Part shown: positions 1 through 13,843 of the stretch, in pieces | How positions within the stretch are numbered: the stretch's first letter is position 1 | How the letters are laid out: every line of letters begins with the position of its first letter | Origin: Oculina patagonica | Lineage: Eukaryota | Length of the DNA: 64,000 nt | NCBI RefSeq assembly: GCF_052425735.1 | Contig: NC_135761.1 | Span: 51,956,001-52,020,000, forward strand | Direction of reading: 5' to 3' | The notes under the pieces: model-generated | What the model saw: the letters and a program-made list of their open reading frames with translations, nothing else | The model's database searches: none | What the model was told of the DNA's origin: nothing | Made by a program: the position numbers and the translations under genes

Positions 1-1893
1 TCTATATATGTCGCGAACAGGTTCCATTAATTTGTTTATTGCCAAAAAATTTTCAAACTAATATTATTAAAATAGAAAGAAGCAATTCGTTTTTTTTTTT
101 TCAAATTGGACGACAATTTTAGCACATTACAAATTTACATCAATGTCAAGCTTTGTCAGGGTAAAACCAAAGAATGCCAACAGTACGATTTCTCACTGGA
201 AACTTCTTTCCCTTGTTAATTATTTCTGAACATAACAGAATCATTGATAAGTGTTTTGTTTTACGATTAAATTGATTCAGAAGCATATCACCTAGGTGAT
301 ATCCTTTACATCGATTGCACGCATGTGATGAATTTTAAGGAAACTAGTAGAATTTAAAATAAATATGAATGTCTTCTTGTGTCCTGCAGTTTATTGCAAG
401 TACTCAATACATTTTATTTGGAGCTCTCGATGAAGCCGGAATATCAGTTTTTTTTTAGTCGGAAAGGTGTTTTTTGAGGTCATAGGTGCTAGCTTGGTCA
501 ATCTCACTACCTGTCCAGATTGAACAAGATAGAAATTTGCCATGAACCATGAAAGTATGAGTAGACCGTTAGGTTTAATGCAGCATCTTTTCAAATATTG
601 CAAAATGGCGAAGACAATTATTTCAGTTAACAGAACATATATGCTTTAAATAAAATAATGGTCACTGTGTCCTAAAACAATACACATGGCAAGTGACAGT
701 GGAACAAATAGTTTGCGATATCGTCTGCGACTAGTATTTTCGACCCAATCTTTTTTTTTTAATAATTAGTAGAAATCACCTCCACAAATGGTTGACGAAA
801 AAAAATATGGCTAAAAACTTTAGCTAACGTTATCAGATGGCTGCTGCGAGTTCATTATTTAATAAAATTTATAAATGCATGTTTCGGAGAATTCTATTCA
901 AACGCGATTGTTTGCGTTTTTAAACTGTGAAATTAACGTTGGTAAATTTAAAAAAGTTGACTTTTAAAATGTAAGGCCTTTCAAAAGACCGGCGAAGGAA
1001 TATAAGAATATCATAACAAGTCGGCACATTGTTTTTGATAACTTAAAATTCAAAAAAATTAAAAATGAATGATGTAAGGGTCAATCTTACCTATAGGCGA
1101 GAAAAGTTGCCGACTTGTGGAATCATCCACTGACAAAAGTGGATCTTCAATTTTAAGATTAACTCACAAACCTTATAGTAACAGTGATATTCTTGTTGAA
1201 GATTGAAACTGATGTTACCTTACAATATAGCTGTATGAATGTGACAGGTGAGCGACTTGGGCTTTACCTGTGTCCTGCTGGGTCCGTTTATCTAATTTAT
1301 GGTGCATAAAGCTAACAGATTTAATGAGCGTTCATTGGTAATCCGGGGTGGTTGACAACAAGCTGCCTCGTCCCCAGACGCCGATCAGCCGGACGGTTAA
1401 GGCGTAAAGGCGGAAAAACATGGAGCGCGGGGGGTCATTCCTACAACGCCAAGCGAACGTGCAAAAACCAACGAAAAAAATACCTCGGGACGAGGCAGGG
1501 CAACACGCTTAATCATGCATTTAGTGGACTTCTTTCCTCGGTAGCAGTGCCATTAAACCATGCAGGTACTTGTTCTTTTTGTACAATAAAAACCCCTCTT
1601 ATCAAAGAAATATAAATATTTTGTGCGTTTCTTTGGATTGAGGTACAGGGCCGTCGAACAATCTAAGCTGCCATTTTTCTGTACGCTTCGGTTTCTATTG
1701 TCTCACAGAAAATCTTGCTGTTCTGGTTCAACCCATAGTGTTTGAATCTAACGAGAAAATATAACTCAGCTCAACTTATTATCTGGCGAAAAGCAGTAAC
1801 GAGTACAATAATTATTTCACTGCCAAATTCTTTCAAAAAAGAAACAAGTTACATGTTTCCCCTTTACGTTTTTCCACATTGCATGAGAATTCT

Positions 1894-3215
1894 AAAAATA
1901 GGCCACCAAGGGTGACATGAGTCTAATGCCGTATGGCATAGTGATACAGATTGCGCGGTTTTCGTAAGCCGGTTAAAATTGGTTAGAGGTTTGTGTTCGG
2001 GAGTTTAATTTAAAATGCTTATAGCAAGCTAGGGGCATCGTGGATGATTATGGATGAAAACGAAACAGTTATAAATGTTATATGCTTCACAAAATTTAAA
2101 GTATGAACAGGAGTTGATGTTACTTCTTCCGTATTGTCCGTAAAAGCAGAAACGATTAAACATTTGGACAAGATTGCGTGACGATTTACAAAAAGCATGT
2201 TCATTACAACAAGGGTTGAAGAACTTCACATCGTTTTCTTTCAGATTTTTCACCATTTTGATGATGACTCTTGAAACAGATTTTGCAATAAAAGCACTTG
2301 AAATAGTGACTGTTACTCCATTGTACTGTAAGCACTTAGTGACAGATTTTCCTAAAAACGGGTGTAAATGCTCACGTCAATATAATGATGACCTTTTGAA
2401 CGCTGGAAACTAGGCAATTATTATCGAGCTACCATACACAGGAGCGAAGACTGTTTATCATGATGTACAAATTTCGCGAATCATCACTTCCATATCAATG
2501 TAACCATTTTATGATTTTTCTAGCTGTAAGAAGAACTTAAGATCTCTGAGAGTCGTAAAAGCATGAAATTCGATTTCAGTGTATGGCAAAGGCCGGGACA
2601 GTGTAATACTGCAAAGCGGCCAAACAAACGCATTTTGATTTAGTCGCGTAACTTGATTTACATTTATCCATGTACATCTTTTATTTTTGAAGGTTTTTGT
2701 TTGCACTGTAAAGAAAAAATTGGTCAAAATTCGAATGACTTAAATACAAAATACGAGGTAAAGTTTTCTATTTTTTAAAACAAAATAAATATTTGGTCGC
2801 ATTGTGTAAATAAACGCGAGTCGCCGTCGAAATATTTTTTCTCAAAGACGTCTTGCTTTTTAAGCAAGACGAAAACACAAGTGCTTAACTGAACTGAAAA
2901 TGAAGATTTATTTTCACAAAAAGCTTACAAATGTCTTAACTGGAAAATTATTACGTCCTGTTCAAGTGTTGAATAATCGTGACTTGAGAAAGAACTTTTA
3001 ATTATGCGTGGGAACACGTGTCGCTGATTGGCTGTTTTTAATTGAAACTAATCGTGCGTGTCCGTACGGAGTCCGTTCTTGCAGCTGATCATTGTTTTCT
3101 ACATTACAGCGAACGATTATCGATCCCGAACCATTCCCTTGGGATTGCTAACAGCTTTTTTCATATAACAAAGAGTCTAATGCGCATGCGCAAAGCGCAC
3201 GCAAGCATTAGACTC
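1894..3215 (-). mobile_element. Non-autonomous Helentron/HINE (DINE-1-like Helitron2) element
   Basis: Absent from the other arm (empty site ~16195-16205). Motif GAGTCTAATGC at 1919 and 3173 with inverted copy GCATTAGACTC at 3205-3215; short terminal hairpin GGCCACCAAGGGTGAC at 1901-1916; T-rich insertion site, no TSD. Confidence 0.7.
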
Positions 3216-3756
3216 AATAAAGGTATATACATTTTTGCCTTAAAAAATTATCGGAGAAATTCCAAAATTATTTTTTATAATCATAGTTTGTTCCTTTGCG
3301 CGGGTAACCTACTGACGATAAAATTACCTGATTTCAACGTAAGATTTAAACCTTACCCTGCTGGTAGAGCGATTTTTCGCGTTTTCAAATTGTAAAATTA
3401 CAGGCTTTAGCTTGTCATTAATTTAACGTTGATAACGGAAATTAACGCAGCGAATTTAAAAAAGTAGACATTTAAGCTGTAATGCCTTCCGAAGGAACGA
3501 AACTGTAGCAAACAAAGATGTTTTATTAAACGTTCGTTATAAAGCCACAAACAGAATCACTTTATTTCTGTACAGCTTTATTTCCTTTTTATCATACTAT
3601 GATCTAATTTTACATAAGTGGTCAAACATTATGAAATTACAACATCACTAACATCTATTTTATTAAGCTAATATTTTCAAACGAAAACATGAATCGCTTT
3701 CTACAACGCCTTATATTGTTAGCATGTATAATTATATTTGAGACCAAATAAAACTA

Positions 3757-3932
3757 CAATCGGACCTCTTTTAAACGGACATCAAAGGAACAGCGATACA
3801 GAGATATAACAGTATAATTGTATAACAGAGATACAGTTTATGTGAATTTTGGTCTCTTCTGAACCGAGTCAACTAGACGTTTTAGGGAGGTGTCCGTATT
3901 AATAGAGGTGTCCTTAACGAGAGGTTCGACTC
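3757..3932. mobile_element. Degenerate Tc1/mariner-type MITE (also in right arm ~15487-15663)
   Basis: ta-CAATCGGACCTC ... GAGGTTCGACTC-ta imperfect TIRs with TA flanks. Confidence 0.5.
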
Positions 3933-4908
3933 TAGATATAGAAAACATTAACGTACTTAACAACTTCGACTACAAACAAGACACAATACTTCTAAATTAG
4001 ACAAATTTTATCGTGTACATTTGAATGGAATATGAATGGACTGAACTAATTTTACGTTGTAAGACGGAGTTTAAGGAACGTGATGACGTAAAATATGAGC
4101 ACTACTTTATAATTATTTTCACAAACGGGAAAAAAAGTAATCTTCAAATCTACTTGAGGTTGACATGTTTACGTCAAATAGGTTCTGACCGACCTAGATC
4201 ATCAAGTTTAATTAAACGCGATTGGCAAAATCTTATATTTCTATACTAAGCAGACGATCATTTGATAATTAAATGATCAAACTTTTGTGTACCCGTGCAC
4301 TGTTTCAAAGCTTAAATTGTATGACATAACGTGAAAATTATATCGTTCAACCATTGCCGCGGATAATCGCTAATGTTAACTGACGACAGTTGAATCCTAC
4401 TAAAAAGGCTGTAAATGATATCCAGCCGTCTTTAAATACAAACAAACAAAAATTTGATAATACCTTCATCATACCAATAAATGTGTTGGAAAGAAGAAAG
4501 AAACGACAATGGAAAAATGAAAATAGTTTTAATTCGAGAAATTAAAACTATTACCAGTGACCAAAAATATCGTAGCCAATACGTGTCATGGAAAACAGCT
4601 GGGAAGCTCAAATATTGCGATTATTTGGACGTTTTTAATAAAACAATTATTCTACTCGCGCTTGTTGGATATGAGATAGCTAAGTATAAAGCCACCTCGG
4701 CGCTACGCGCCTCGCTGGCTATCTATCATCTCATATCCAACGCACGCTCGTGAAATAAGTGTTTAACAGACTATCATTCTATCTCGGGGTTAGTGAAACC
4801 CCTAGCCACCACATGCTAAAGAACCCGAGTTAAGCGCCGAGAGCTGTGAGCCAGCTAAGCTTTAAAGGCTTTGTTACTTTACCTACTACAAATTTGATTA
4901 CTGATAAT

Positions 4909-5305
4909 TAACAATTATTGGATGAGGTTGAGCATGATAGCGATAATTATTAAGGCCAAAGTTTCTATTATCTGCCGAAGCCGAAAGCTGAGGCGGATAA
5001 CAGAAACTGAGGCCTTGATAATTTTCGCTATCATGCGAAAACCGAATCCAATAATTGTTTTATTAATTATGCACATTCCTGAGCTGCACTTGTAAAGACA
5101 AAAGCGCGCACAAAATATACTTTTATAAGCTTACAACCTTTCGTCACTTCTGCATGCATAAAACTATTGTCTGTAGGCATGACGTCACTTCTACATATGT
5201 AAAATATAATGTCTGTAGGTATGACGTAAGAGAAACAGCAAGCAAGAATTATCTGCGTGCTTATAGCCAATCAAAATCAAGCTGGTGACACCAATGTATA
5301 ATAAT
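4909..5305. mobile_element. Palindromic non-autonomous element (Crypton-like), arm-specific insertion
   Basis: Absent in right arm (~13928-13935). Long imperfect palindrome centred on CCGAAGCCGAAAGCTGAGG; related fragment at ~49070-49200. Confidence 0.6.
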
Positions 5306-5391
5306 ATGAGTTGCACTTCACTTAGAAGTAAAATTACTGTGCAACGTCTTAAGTAGATTCCAAGGTAGATCCAAACCATACGCTCATCCAT

Positions 5392-7802
5392 TTACTTCAC
5401 ATACAACATCCCATCGCTGTTTCTATAAATTCCAAGACTGTCATGCTGAGGCGACTGTGGACAAGGATAACCGTACAAGGCCCGTCTTCCAGCCCCTAGT
5501 AGAGAAAAACGTGCAAAATTCAGTGAGTCTGTGACGTACAAAGTTATCGTCAGTTCCAGAACCCGATTTTTGACGTATGGGGCGCCGAGTGTCAAAAAAC
5601 TATTTAGTGCATTTTTCGCTTTTATTTTTGTTATTTACTAAATAACAAAGATGTTCTACTTGTTATTTAGAAATCACCAAGTTAGCGACTTTTACATTTA
5701 CAAATAGAAAATTATTTTCACTCGGTGATTTATAAATTGCAAACAACTTGTCGTCGCGATTTATAAATCACCGACAACTCATCTTTGCGATTTATAAATT
5801 GCAATCAACTTGTATTTGCGATTTTAAAATTGCAGATAAATAGTCTGCAATTTATAAATCGCAGTAACGTTTATTGCGATTTCTAAATTGCATCTAGTAT
5901 AGAAGTCGTTTATGCGCAATTTATAAATCGCAAATGTGCGATATGTAAATCGCAAATGCGTTTTATAAATCACAAATGCGACATATATAAATCGCAAATG
6001 TGATTTATAAATCGCAAATGCGACATATATAAATCGCAAATGTGATTTATAAATCGCAAATGCGACATATATAAATCGCAAATGCGTTTTATAAATCGCA
6101 AATATGATTTATAAATCGCAAATGCCACATAAATAAATCGCAAATGAGTCATATAAATCGCAAATGCGTTTTATAAAGCGCAAATGTGACATAGTAAATG
6201 CAGTAGTAAATGAAACCACTAGAGTAAAGTAACACACATATACTTAACAAAAATCCTGTGATAAACTTTGTTAAAAAAAATTCAGGAAACGCAAAATTTG
6301 TGTAAACCAGGCGTTTCATCGTGTCTTGACTGTTTTCTTACTGTAGCCTTTTGACATCCAATAAGAATCGTCCTGCGTGCACTCCCCGTCATCATGTCCA
6401 TCAAAAACTGAAATGACAGATAAAACAGACGGATTTTTTCGCTAAAAAGAACTGAAATAAGTAATTGAATTGATTTCCTGAGACCTGATTACTCACGCTT
6501 AAAAAATTGTTGTTCTTTGTTATGTGAACTGAAGAAAACGTTCTGTTTCTAGGCAAGTATATCACCGTGACTGATGTGGAGTCATTCATGCATTATTAAT
6601 ACCGCGTCTGAATGGAGCCAGTCCTCAGCCATAACAATTTGCCATATGTATATACAACTCTAGTTATTGGTGAAGAGGAAATCTGTATTTTTGCCATAGT
6701 CTCGTTGCTCAAAAAATTAAGCACACAGCAACGGCCAAGGTCCTGGCGTAGTCAACCGCTCTTTTCATTACACTAGGGCGCATGCTCAAGCGTTACTTCC
6801 TTCTAGCTATACGGAAGACGGTTCTCAAAGAGAAAGTGTACATCATTTTCTTTTCTCATTGTTGTCATTAGGAAATTTAGAGCTCATATATTCACTGACA
6901 ATTAATTCACTATCCCTCTTTACCTCTATGACATTCGCCCCAAATGTGAAATCCCACATCAATAGTTGTGCAGTTGTTAGTCTCCCACTCATACGGCAAT
7001 GAGTAGGAAATGATGATGCGTGGACAACTAGAATAAGTGACAAAAACGACAAAAAAATAATAACTTAGGCTAGATCGAACTTGCTTAGAATTAAGAAGTG
7101 TTATTAGAGACATTGAGATTTCACCAGTGACTTTCCATCGTACCATTTACATAATCCTTAAACATCCAAACATTTCAATGATCATCAAAGCTCATCAAAT
7201 AGTTCACTCATTTACCCAAAGATTGTCAAGAGTAACCATCAATTAAGAGAAGTACATTTTTTCAGGGTTACTTGAGTACGGATTTCATCACAACAATTTT
7301 GACCTACACTTTAATTACACCATGCATATTTAATTTTTATGAATTTAAAACGGTATGATATTCTTAAAACAGCCTTTTTAAACCTTCTCTGATTTTGTGT
7401 ATTTGACTTTCAAATATGCATTATTTGATAAAGTTTGAACACGGAAGTAAATTCCTGATTTTTTTTTTTTTCATCCTCTTGTTTTTCTTTTTACCGTAAT
7501 GTACAAACTACTGGAGAGGTTTCTCATAAGAGGCAATTTAAAAAAGGAGGAAAAGCGAACGAAATAAAACAGTAGTGTAACTGAAATAAATTTTAAAAAG
7601 GATAACAACAACCAACTGACTTACTGTCCCCAGCTGCATGTAGAGTTGAAATCTCCTGGCCCACTCGGAATCTTAAATTCAGTAAAAAGAACTGTAAGAT
7701 TATGTGTGTAAGAAACAAGTTTTAAAAACTGGTGCAGCATATCATTTCATACCTGATAAAACACAGTGTCATTCCTCGTAAACACGTCGACTCTAAACGT
7801 TC
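5392..7802 (-). CDS. Partial copy A (last 5 exons) of PAN/fibrinogen-like lectin paralogue
   Basis: Exons GTFRVDVFTRNDTVFYQ / IPSGPGDFNSTCSWG / CPRIIISYSLPYEWETNNC / VFDGHDDGEC / RALYGYPCPQ...GMLYVK* with GT-AG sites, matching the gene at 20317-25575; 5' exons not visible. Confidence 0.8.
5579..6199. repeat. Arm-specific insertion carrying a ~21-bp minisatellite (ATAAATCGCAAATG core)
   Basis: Absent at the corresponding right-arm site ~13655; tandem units visible 5730-6190. Confidence 0.8.
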
Positions 7803-7854
7803 CTAACAAGATAAAATATTTGAAGTTATTTTTTAACCGTGATATTCCTCTTAA

Positions 7855-10800
7855 AGTGCTACTATGACCAAAATTTTTGTTTTTCTTTTCGTCTTTTTCT
7901 AAAGTCAATTTGTTCAATAAGTCTATATTTAACTAGCGCGCTAGAATTTAGAACGTTGCGAGCAATATAAGCCTTGAAATAGCTTGCCGAAAATCGTGGA
8001 AAACTCGTCCGCCATTACTCGGACGTCTAAAGTGAGCCAGCGACTGTACTGAAAAGCGGATTTACGCATGAGTTGGTCCGTGACGTCATATGCGCATCGT
8101 CGCTTCGAGCTTCGAGTGTTCCAAGAGAGAATATACTGAGAATTAACAGGGTTATAAAAGATATTTCTTCGACAAATTCTTCGTCTAGTTTGCCCGGTGG
8201 CGAAACCCAAGAGAGCCGCAACGAAGAGACATTGCAATTTAGCGGTATCGTTTCTTATAATGAGAATTTAAAGCCGTTTGACGTCGGTCTAAAGGGCAAT
8301 GTTTGTATGCAAATACTTCAATATTTATTTCATTCGATGAGGTTTTGGCGCTGTATGCCTACAACGAAGCTGCCGTCTTCTTGTCCAATCGAAGCACCGA
8401 TCGAAGAAGCCTCGAAGAACGAAGAGGAACTGCGATTCATGGACTACATACGTTTGAATACATGGTATGATGAGAACGACATTGAATAGTTAGGATAAAA
8501 TGTCTGCAATGTTTCAATTAATAGAGAGCTCTGCATATAATGTAGGTTGCTATTGCCGTTTGCGAAGGATCGAAATGATCTTTACTGTTGTTTTCATTCT
8601 TGTAATCTATCATACACGCCATGGGCATCAAATCTATCTCAGCTGTTTATTCCGAAAAAAGCTTTATAAACATGAAATAATGTAAAATTTATACAGAAAA
8701 ATTAAAGTCAACAAGATGGTGCAGGTGATCAATGGATTTACCTCCTTGAGTTTTATACAGTTTTACCTTCCTTGACTAAAATACAGGTAATAAACCTTTT
8801 TAAAACTAAGTGTTTTAATGGGTAATAACACTAGCTTCAGCCAGCATTCAGTATTCCTGTTTCTTAAAATAAGAAAACCATTTGAATGCTGTATAGAGTC
8901 CTTCACTCTATTTACTGATGTTATGAAACTGTCCCACAAGTAGCCGCAAAACTGGGTAGGAGTAGTTTTTCTTATTCATTTCACCCATTTGTTTTCCTCT
9001 TGGCCCCGTGATTTTTTGATGATAAAAATAACTGAAACAATATATGCACAACATGGGAACAAGTAAAATAATATTAAGGGTATAAAGTTTTAAGTTCATA
9101 AACGGGAACACCTGGACCTCAAACAAACACTGGGACCTTGATCAAACGTTTCCAGTTTTGAACCGGCATTTAAATGAAGCCTGCGGTGAGTCCGGGTCTG
9201 GCATCTACTCAAGAAAATATTTTTTTATGGTATCATATGCAATATGACAGTGGCTCTTTCTAGAGAATATCACTGGTAGTACATTGTGCATCTGCAGTAT
9301 GTGTATGTAATTGAGAGTTCAATTTTGGGACTAATCTTGTGTCAACTTAACGTGACTGTAAACAAGCCAGCTCCGTGTACCACCCTAAATAAAGTCTGCA
9401 TGCAAGCCTGCTTGCCCATCAGGCCAAAGCATATCTTGGTTTAAGTAGGATTAAGCAACCTGGATGAGATGGAAGTACAATTGCATCACAGGTTTTACCT
9501 CCCCACTCCCCCCACATACATGTAATGACACTGGTCTGGGCTCACACCTGAACAGCTTGATTCAGAGTCTTGCGCACTGACCATTAGGTCACCGCACCTA
9601 AATCAAAACAACTACCCCATTGCTATGCAACATTTTTATTTATGGTACAGGTTTACATCTACATCTACATCTACATTTATTGAGTTGATAACATCGTTTA
9701 AGACATCACATCAACTATAAGAGTACAAAATAACAAAAACAAAATGTACATGTATAAATAAGATATAAAAATACTTACTGTATTTGTTGTCGGCTTCGCA
9801 GTTCGTGTATACTCTTTAAATAAATACATATATAATGGTTGCAAGGGTCCTGTGTGACCTCAAAATTGCCCCCTTGTTACAAAAAGGCAAGGTCTGCATG
9901 CAAGTCTAGTTGCCCACCAAGCAACTAGACTTGCATGCCCTCGTCACACCATCAATTTGCCAGTTCCCATTCTACACTTGGAGAGGAGGCACCATGAGAG
10001 TAGTCTTGCCCAAGAACACAGCACAATGACACCAGTTAGAGTCCACACCTGAACCGCTTGATCTGGAGTCCGACAACTTACACTTAGGCCACCTCACCTC
10101 AATCAATACAACATTTTTATTTATGGTACAGATTTGACTGTACTTGTGTTAGAAATTATGATGGATCAGCAGCTCAGGGGTTCTCTGGCACATTCACATG
10201 ATTTATTGTTGGCTACTACATTCTCAACTTATGAACAAAAAGAGCATGCCAAAAATAAATATATTGCAAACTGAACTTAAAATAAAGAGTAGCTAGGATT
10301 TCAACCGTGCTCTGTCGCACACAGCATGAGTGATTGGCACAGGTCATAATTATAGCTCATGGCCCCTGTTGTACTTAAATATAATAAAGATATACTGAGT
10401 ATATCCGGATAGCATGTATGTCTCTGAGACAGGCTAACACTGTTCTATCCTGAGATTACTTCTCAAAAAATGTTTATGAATACTATAAGTGCACAATGAA
10501 GTACAGTCCTACTGTAGTGTTTTATATTGCATGGCAGAAATAAACAAGTGACCAACACTGAAGACGTGCTCTAGTGGTGAGTTTATTAAGACTACAGTGT
10601 ATACAGAGGACTACAATGGAAACATTTTCAGTACATAATCAGTAAAAAGATATTGCTAAGCTTTGCATCCTCTGTATGTACTTTCACATAATGTACCGAC
10701 TCGTGCGAATTTATTTAAGTTTATTTGTACAATAGAGGATATAATTCAGGAACATACACTCCGATTTGCCCAAAAATTACCTTTTTGACATGAGGTATTT

Positions 10801-11484
10801 ACAATAAATTTAAAAATGACTGTTCTAGAACACGAGAGCTTGAGCAACAGAAGTAAATTACACCACTCACCCAAAAAGGAGCGAATACAGTAAACTCACT
10901 GTAGATAATTCGACGCGTTCTATTCTATTCACTTCCCTTGGATAGTTGAAGAAGTTAACCTCACAAAGGTTGCAGGGAGAAATATCTATAAAGCATTTCC
11001 AAGAGTACAAGTTTCCCTCAAAGTTATCAGACGATCTATTATTCATCTTGCGTGGTTCGGGCGAGTTAAAAATTCCGCCTCTTGAAATGTTTTCTGCCAC
11101 TATGTTGTGCAAAAGTGACCTGGAGATGCCCTGAAGTATGTTTATAAAACATTTGCGCAGTAGATACGGCTTCTACATCACTACAGATTAAAAAGAAAAC
11201 CAATGTTTTTCCAGATCGGTCACTCCAGCCTTCGAAGAAGCCATTTTGTTAATGCGCATATGACGTCAGCATGCTCTCGCCCCAACTAGTTCCAGATCTC
11301 TATTTGGTCCTCGGACATTTTTGAATCTAGTAATGGCGGCAAGCCAAAGCCGAAGTTTACGCGTGAAATAAGTGGTCTTCCAATTCGAATTTGAACTTAA
11401 AATTTGGCAAGGTTACTATTTAATGTAAGTACTTTCAAGAACCGAAGAGAAAAGGGAAGGTAAAATTTTGATCATAGTACCACT
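7855..11484. mobile_element. Kolobok-type DNA transposon, non-autonomous or decayed (~3.6 kb)
   Basis: TTAA TSD at 7851-7854 and 11485-11488. TIRs AGTGCTACTATGACCAAAATTT / AAAATTTTGATCATAGTACCACT; AG..CT termini; single TTAA empty site in the other arm at 12012-12015. Confidence 0.8.
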
Positions 11485-11488
11485 TTAA

Positions 11489-11988
11489 NNNNNNNNNNNN
11501 NNNNNNNNNNNNNNNNNNNNNNNNNNNNNNNNNNNNNNNNNNNNNNNNNNNNNNNNNNNNNNNNNNNNNNNNNNNNNNNNNNNNNNNNNNNNNNNNNNNN
11601 NNNNNNNNNNNNNNNNNNNNNNNNNNNNNNNNNNNNNNNNNNNNNNNNNNNNNNNNNNNNNNNNNNNNNNNNNNNNNNNNNNNNNNNNNNNNNNNNNNNN
11701 NNNNNNNNNNNNNNNNNNNNNNNNNNNNNNNNNNNNNNNNNNNNNNNNNNNNNNNNNNNNNNNNNNNNNNNNNNNNNNNNNNNNNNNNNNNNNNNNNNNN
11801 NNNNNNNNNNNNNNNNNNNNNNNNNNNNNNNNNNNNNNNNNNNNNNNNNNNNNNNNNNNNNNNNNNNNNNNNNNNNNNNNNNNNNNNNNNNNNNNNNNNN
11901 NNNNNNNNNNNNNNNNNNNNNNNNNNNNNNNNNNNNNNNNNNNNNNNNNNNNNNNNNNNNNNNNNNNNNNNNNNNNNNNNNNNNNNNN
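11489..11988. other. Assembly gap (500 N)
   Basis: N run. Confidence 1.
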
Positions 11989-12062
11989 GATATTGCAGAT
12001 AAATGGAAAACTTAAGAGGAATATCACGGTTAAAAATAACTTCAAATATTTTATCTTGTTAG

Positions 12063-13843
12063 GAACGTTTAGAGTCGATGTGTGGAAGAGGAATGACACT
12101 GTGTTTTATCAGGTATGAAATGAAATGCTGCACCAGTTTTTAAAACTTGTTTCTTACACACATAATCTTACAGTTCTTTTTACTGAATTTAAGATTCCGA
12201 GTGGGCCAGGAGATTTTAACTCTACATGCGGCTGGGGACAGTAAGTCAGTTGGTTGTTGTTATCCTTTTTAAAATTTATTTCAGTTACACTACTGTTTTA
12301 TTTCGTTCGCTTTTCCTCCTTTTTTAAATTGCCTCTTATGAGAAACCTCTCCAGTAGTTTGTAAATTACGGTAAAAAGAAAAACAAGAGGATGAACAAAA
12401 ATCAGGAATTTACTTCCGTGTTCAAACTTTATCATGTATATTTGAAAGTCAAATACACAAAATCAGAGAAGGTTTAAAAAGGCTGTTTTAAGAATATCAT
12501 ACCGTTTTAAATTTATAAAAAAAATAAACATGCATGGTGTAATTAAAGTGTAGGTCAAAATTGTTGTGATGAAATCCGTACTCAAGTAACCCTGAAAAAA
12601 AGTACTTCTCTTAATTGATGGTTACTCTTGACAATCTTTGGGTAAATGAGTGAACTATTTGATGAGCTTTGACGATCATTGAAATGTTTGGATGTTTAAG
12701 GATTATGTAAATGGTACGATGGAAAGTCACTGGTGAAATCTCAATGTCTCTAATAACACTTCTTAATTCTAAGCAAGTTCGATCTAGCCCAAGTTATTAT
12801 TTTTTTGTCGTTTTTGTCACTTATTCTAGTTGTCCACGCATCATCATTTCCTACTCATTCCCGTATGAGTGGGAGACTAACAACTGCACAACTATTGATG
12901 TGGGATTTCACATTTGGGGCGAATGTCATAGAGGTAAAGAGGGATAGTGAATTAATTGTCAGTGAATATATGAGCTCTAAATTTCCTAATGACAACAATG
13001 AGAAAAGAAAATGATGTACACTTTCTCTTTGAGAACCGTCTTCCGTATAGCTAGAAGGAAGTAACGCTTGAGCATGCGCCCTAGTGTAATGAAAAGAGCG
13101 GTTGACTACGCCAGGACCTTGGCCGTTGCTGTGTGCTTAATTTTTGAGCAACGAGACTATGGCAAAAATACAGATTTCCTCTTCACCAATAACTAGAGTT
13201 GTATATACATATGGCAAATTGTTATGGCTGAGGACTGGCTCCATTCAGACGCGGTATTAATAATGCATGAATGACTCCACATCAGTCACGGTGATATACT
13301 TGCCTAGAAACAGAACGTTTTCTTCAGTTCACATAACAAAGAACAACAATTTTTTAAGCGTGAGTAATCAGGTCTCAGGAAATCAATTCAATTACTTATT
13401 TCAGTTCTTTTTAGCGAAAAAATCCGTCTGTTTTATCTGTCATTTCAGTTTTTGATGGACATGATGACGGGGAGTGCACGCAGGACGATTCTTATTGGAT
13501 GTCAAAAGGCTACAGTAAGTAACCAGTCAAGACACGATGAAACGCTCGGTTTACACAAATTTTGCGTTTCCTGAATTTTTTTAACAAAGTTTATCACAGG
13601 ATTTTTGTTAAGTATATATGTGTTACTTTACTTTAGTGGTTTCATTTACTATTGCTGTACGTCAAAAATCGGGATCTGGAACTGAAGATAACTTTGTACG
13701 TCACAAACTCACTAAATTTTGCACGTTTTTCTCTACTAGGGGCTGGAAGGCGGGCCTTGTACGGTTACCCTTGTCCACATTCGCCTCAGCATGACAGTCT
13801 TGGAATTTATAGAAACAGTGATGGGATGTTGTATGTGAAGTAA
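12063..13843 (+). CDS. Partial copy B (last 5 exons: 12063-12112, 12194-12240, 12830-12933, 13449-13514, 13740-13843) of PAN/fibrinogen-like lectin paralogue
   Basis: GT-AG exons splice in frame; same intron positions and phases as 22695-25575. Confidence 0.82.

Larger units (their letters stand above)
54..7854 (-). repeat. Left arm of large inverted duplication (partner ~12012-19099)
   Basis: Reverse-complement identity at many anchors, e.g. ORFs 4025-4249/15171-15395, 6401-6589/13267-13455 and 6910-7146/12711-12947 are near-identical mirror pairs. Confidence 0.95.

Noticed and set aside
5730-6190. CRISPR-like repeat array
   Set aside because: Contiguous minisatellite units with no unique spacers, eukaryotic context, no cas genes.
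11485-12099. Long ORFs across N runs (also 44394-45051)
   Set aside because: Artefacts of translating gaps.
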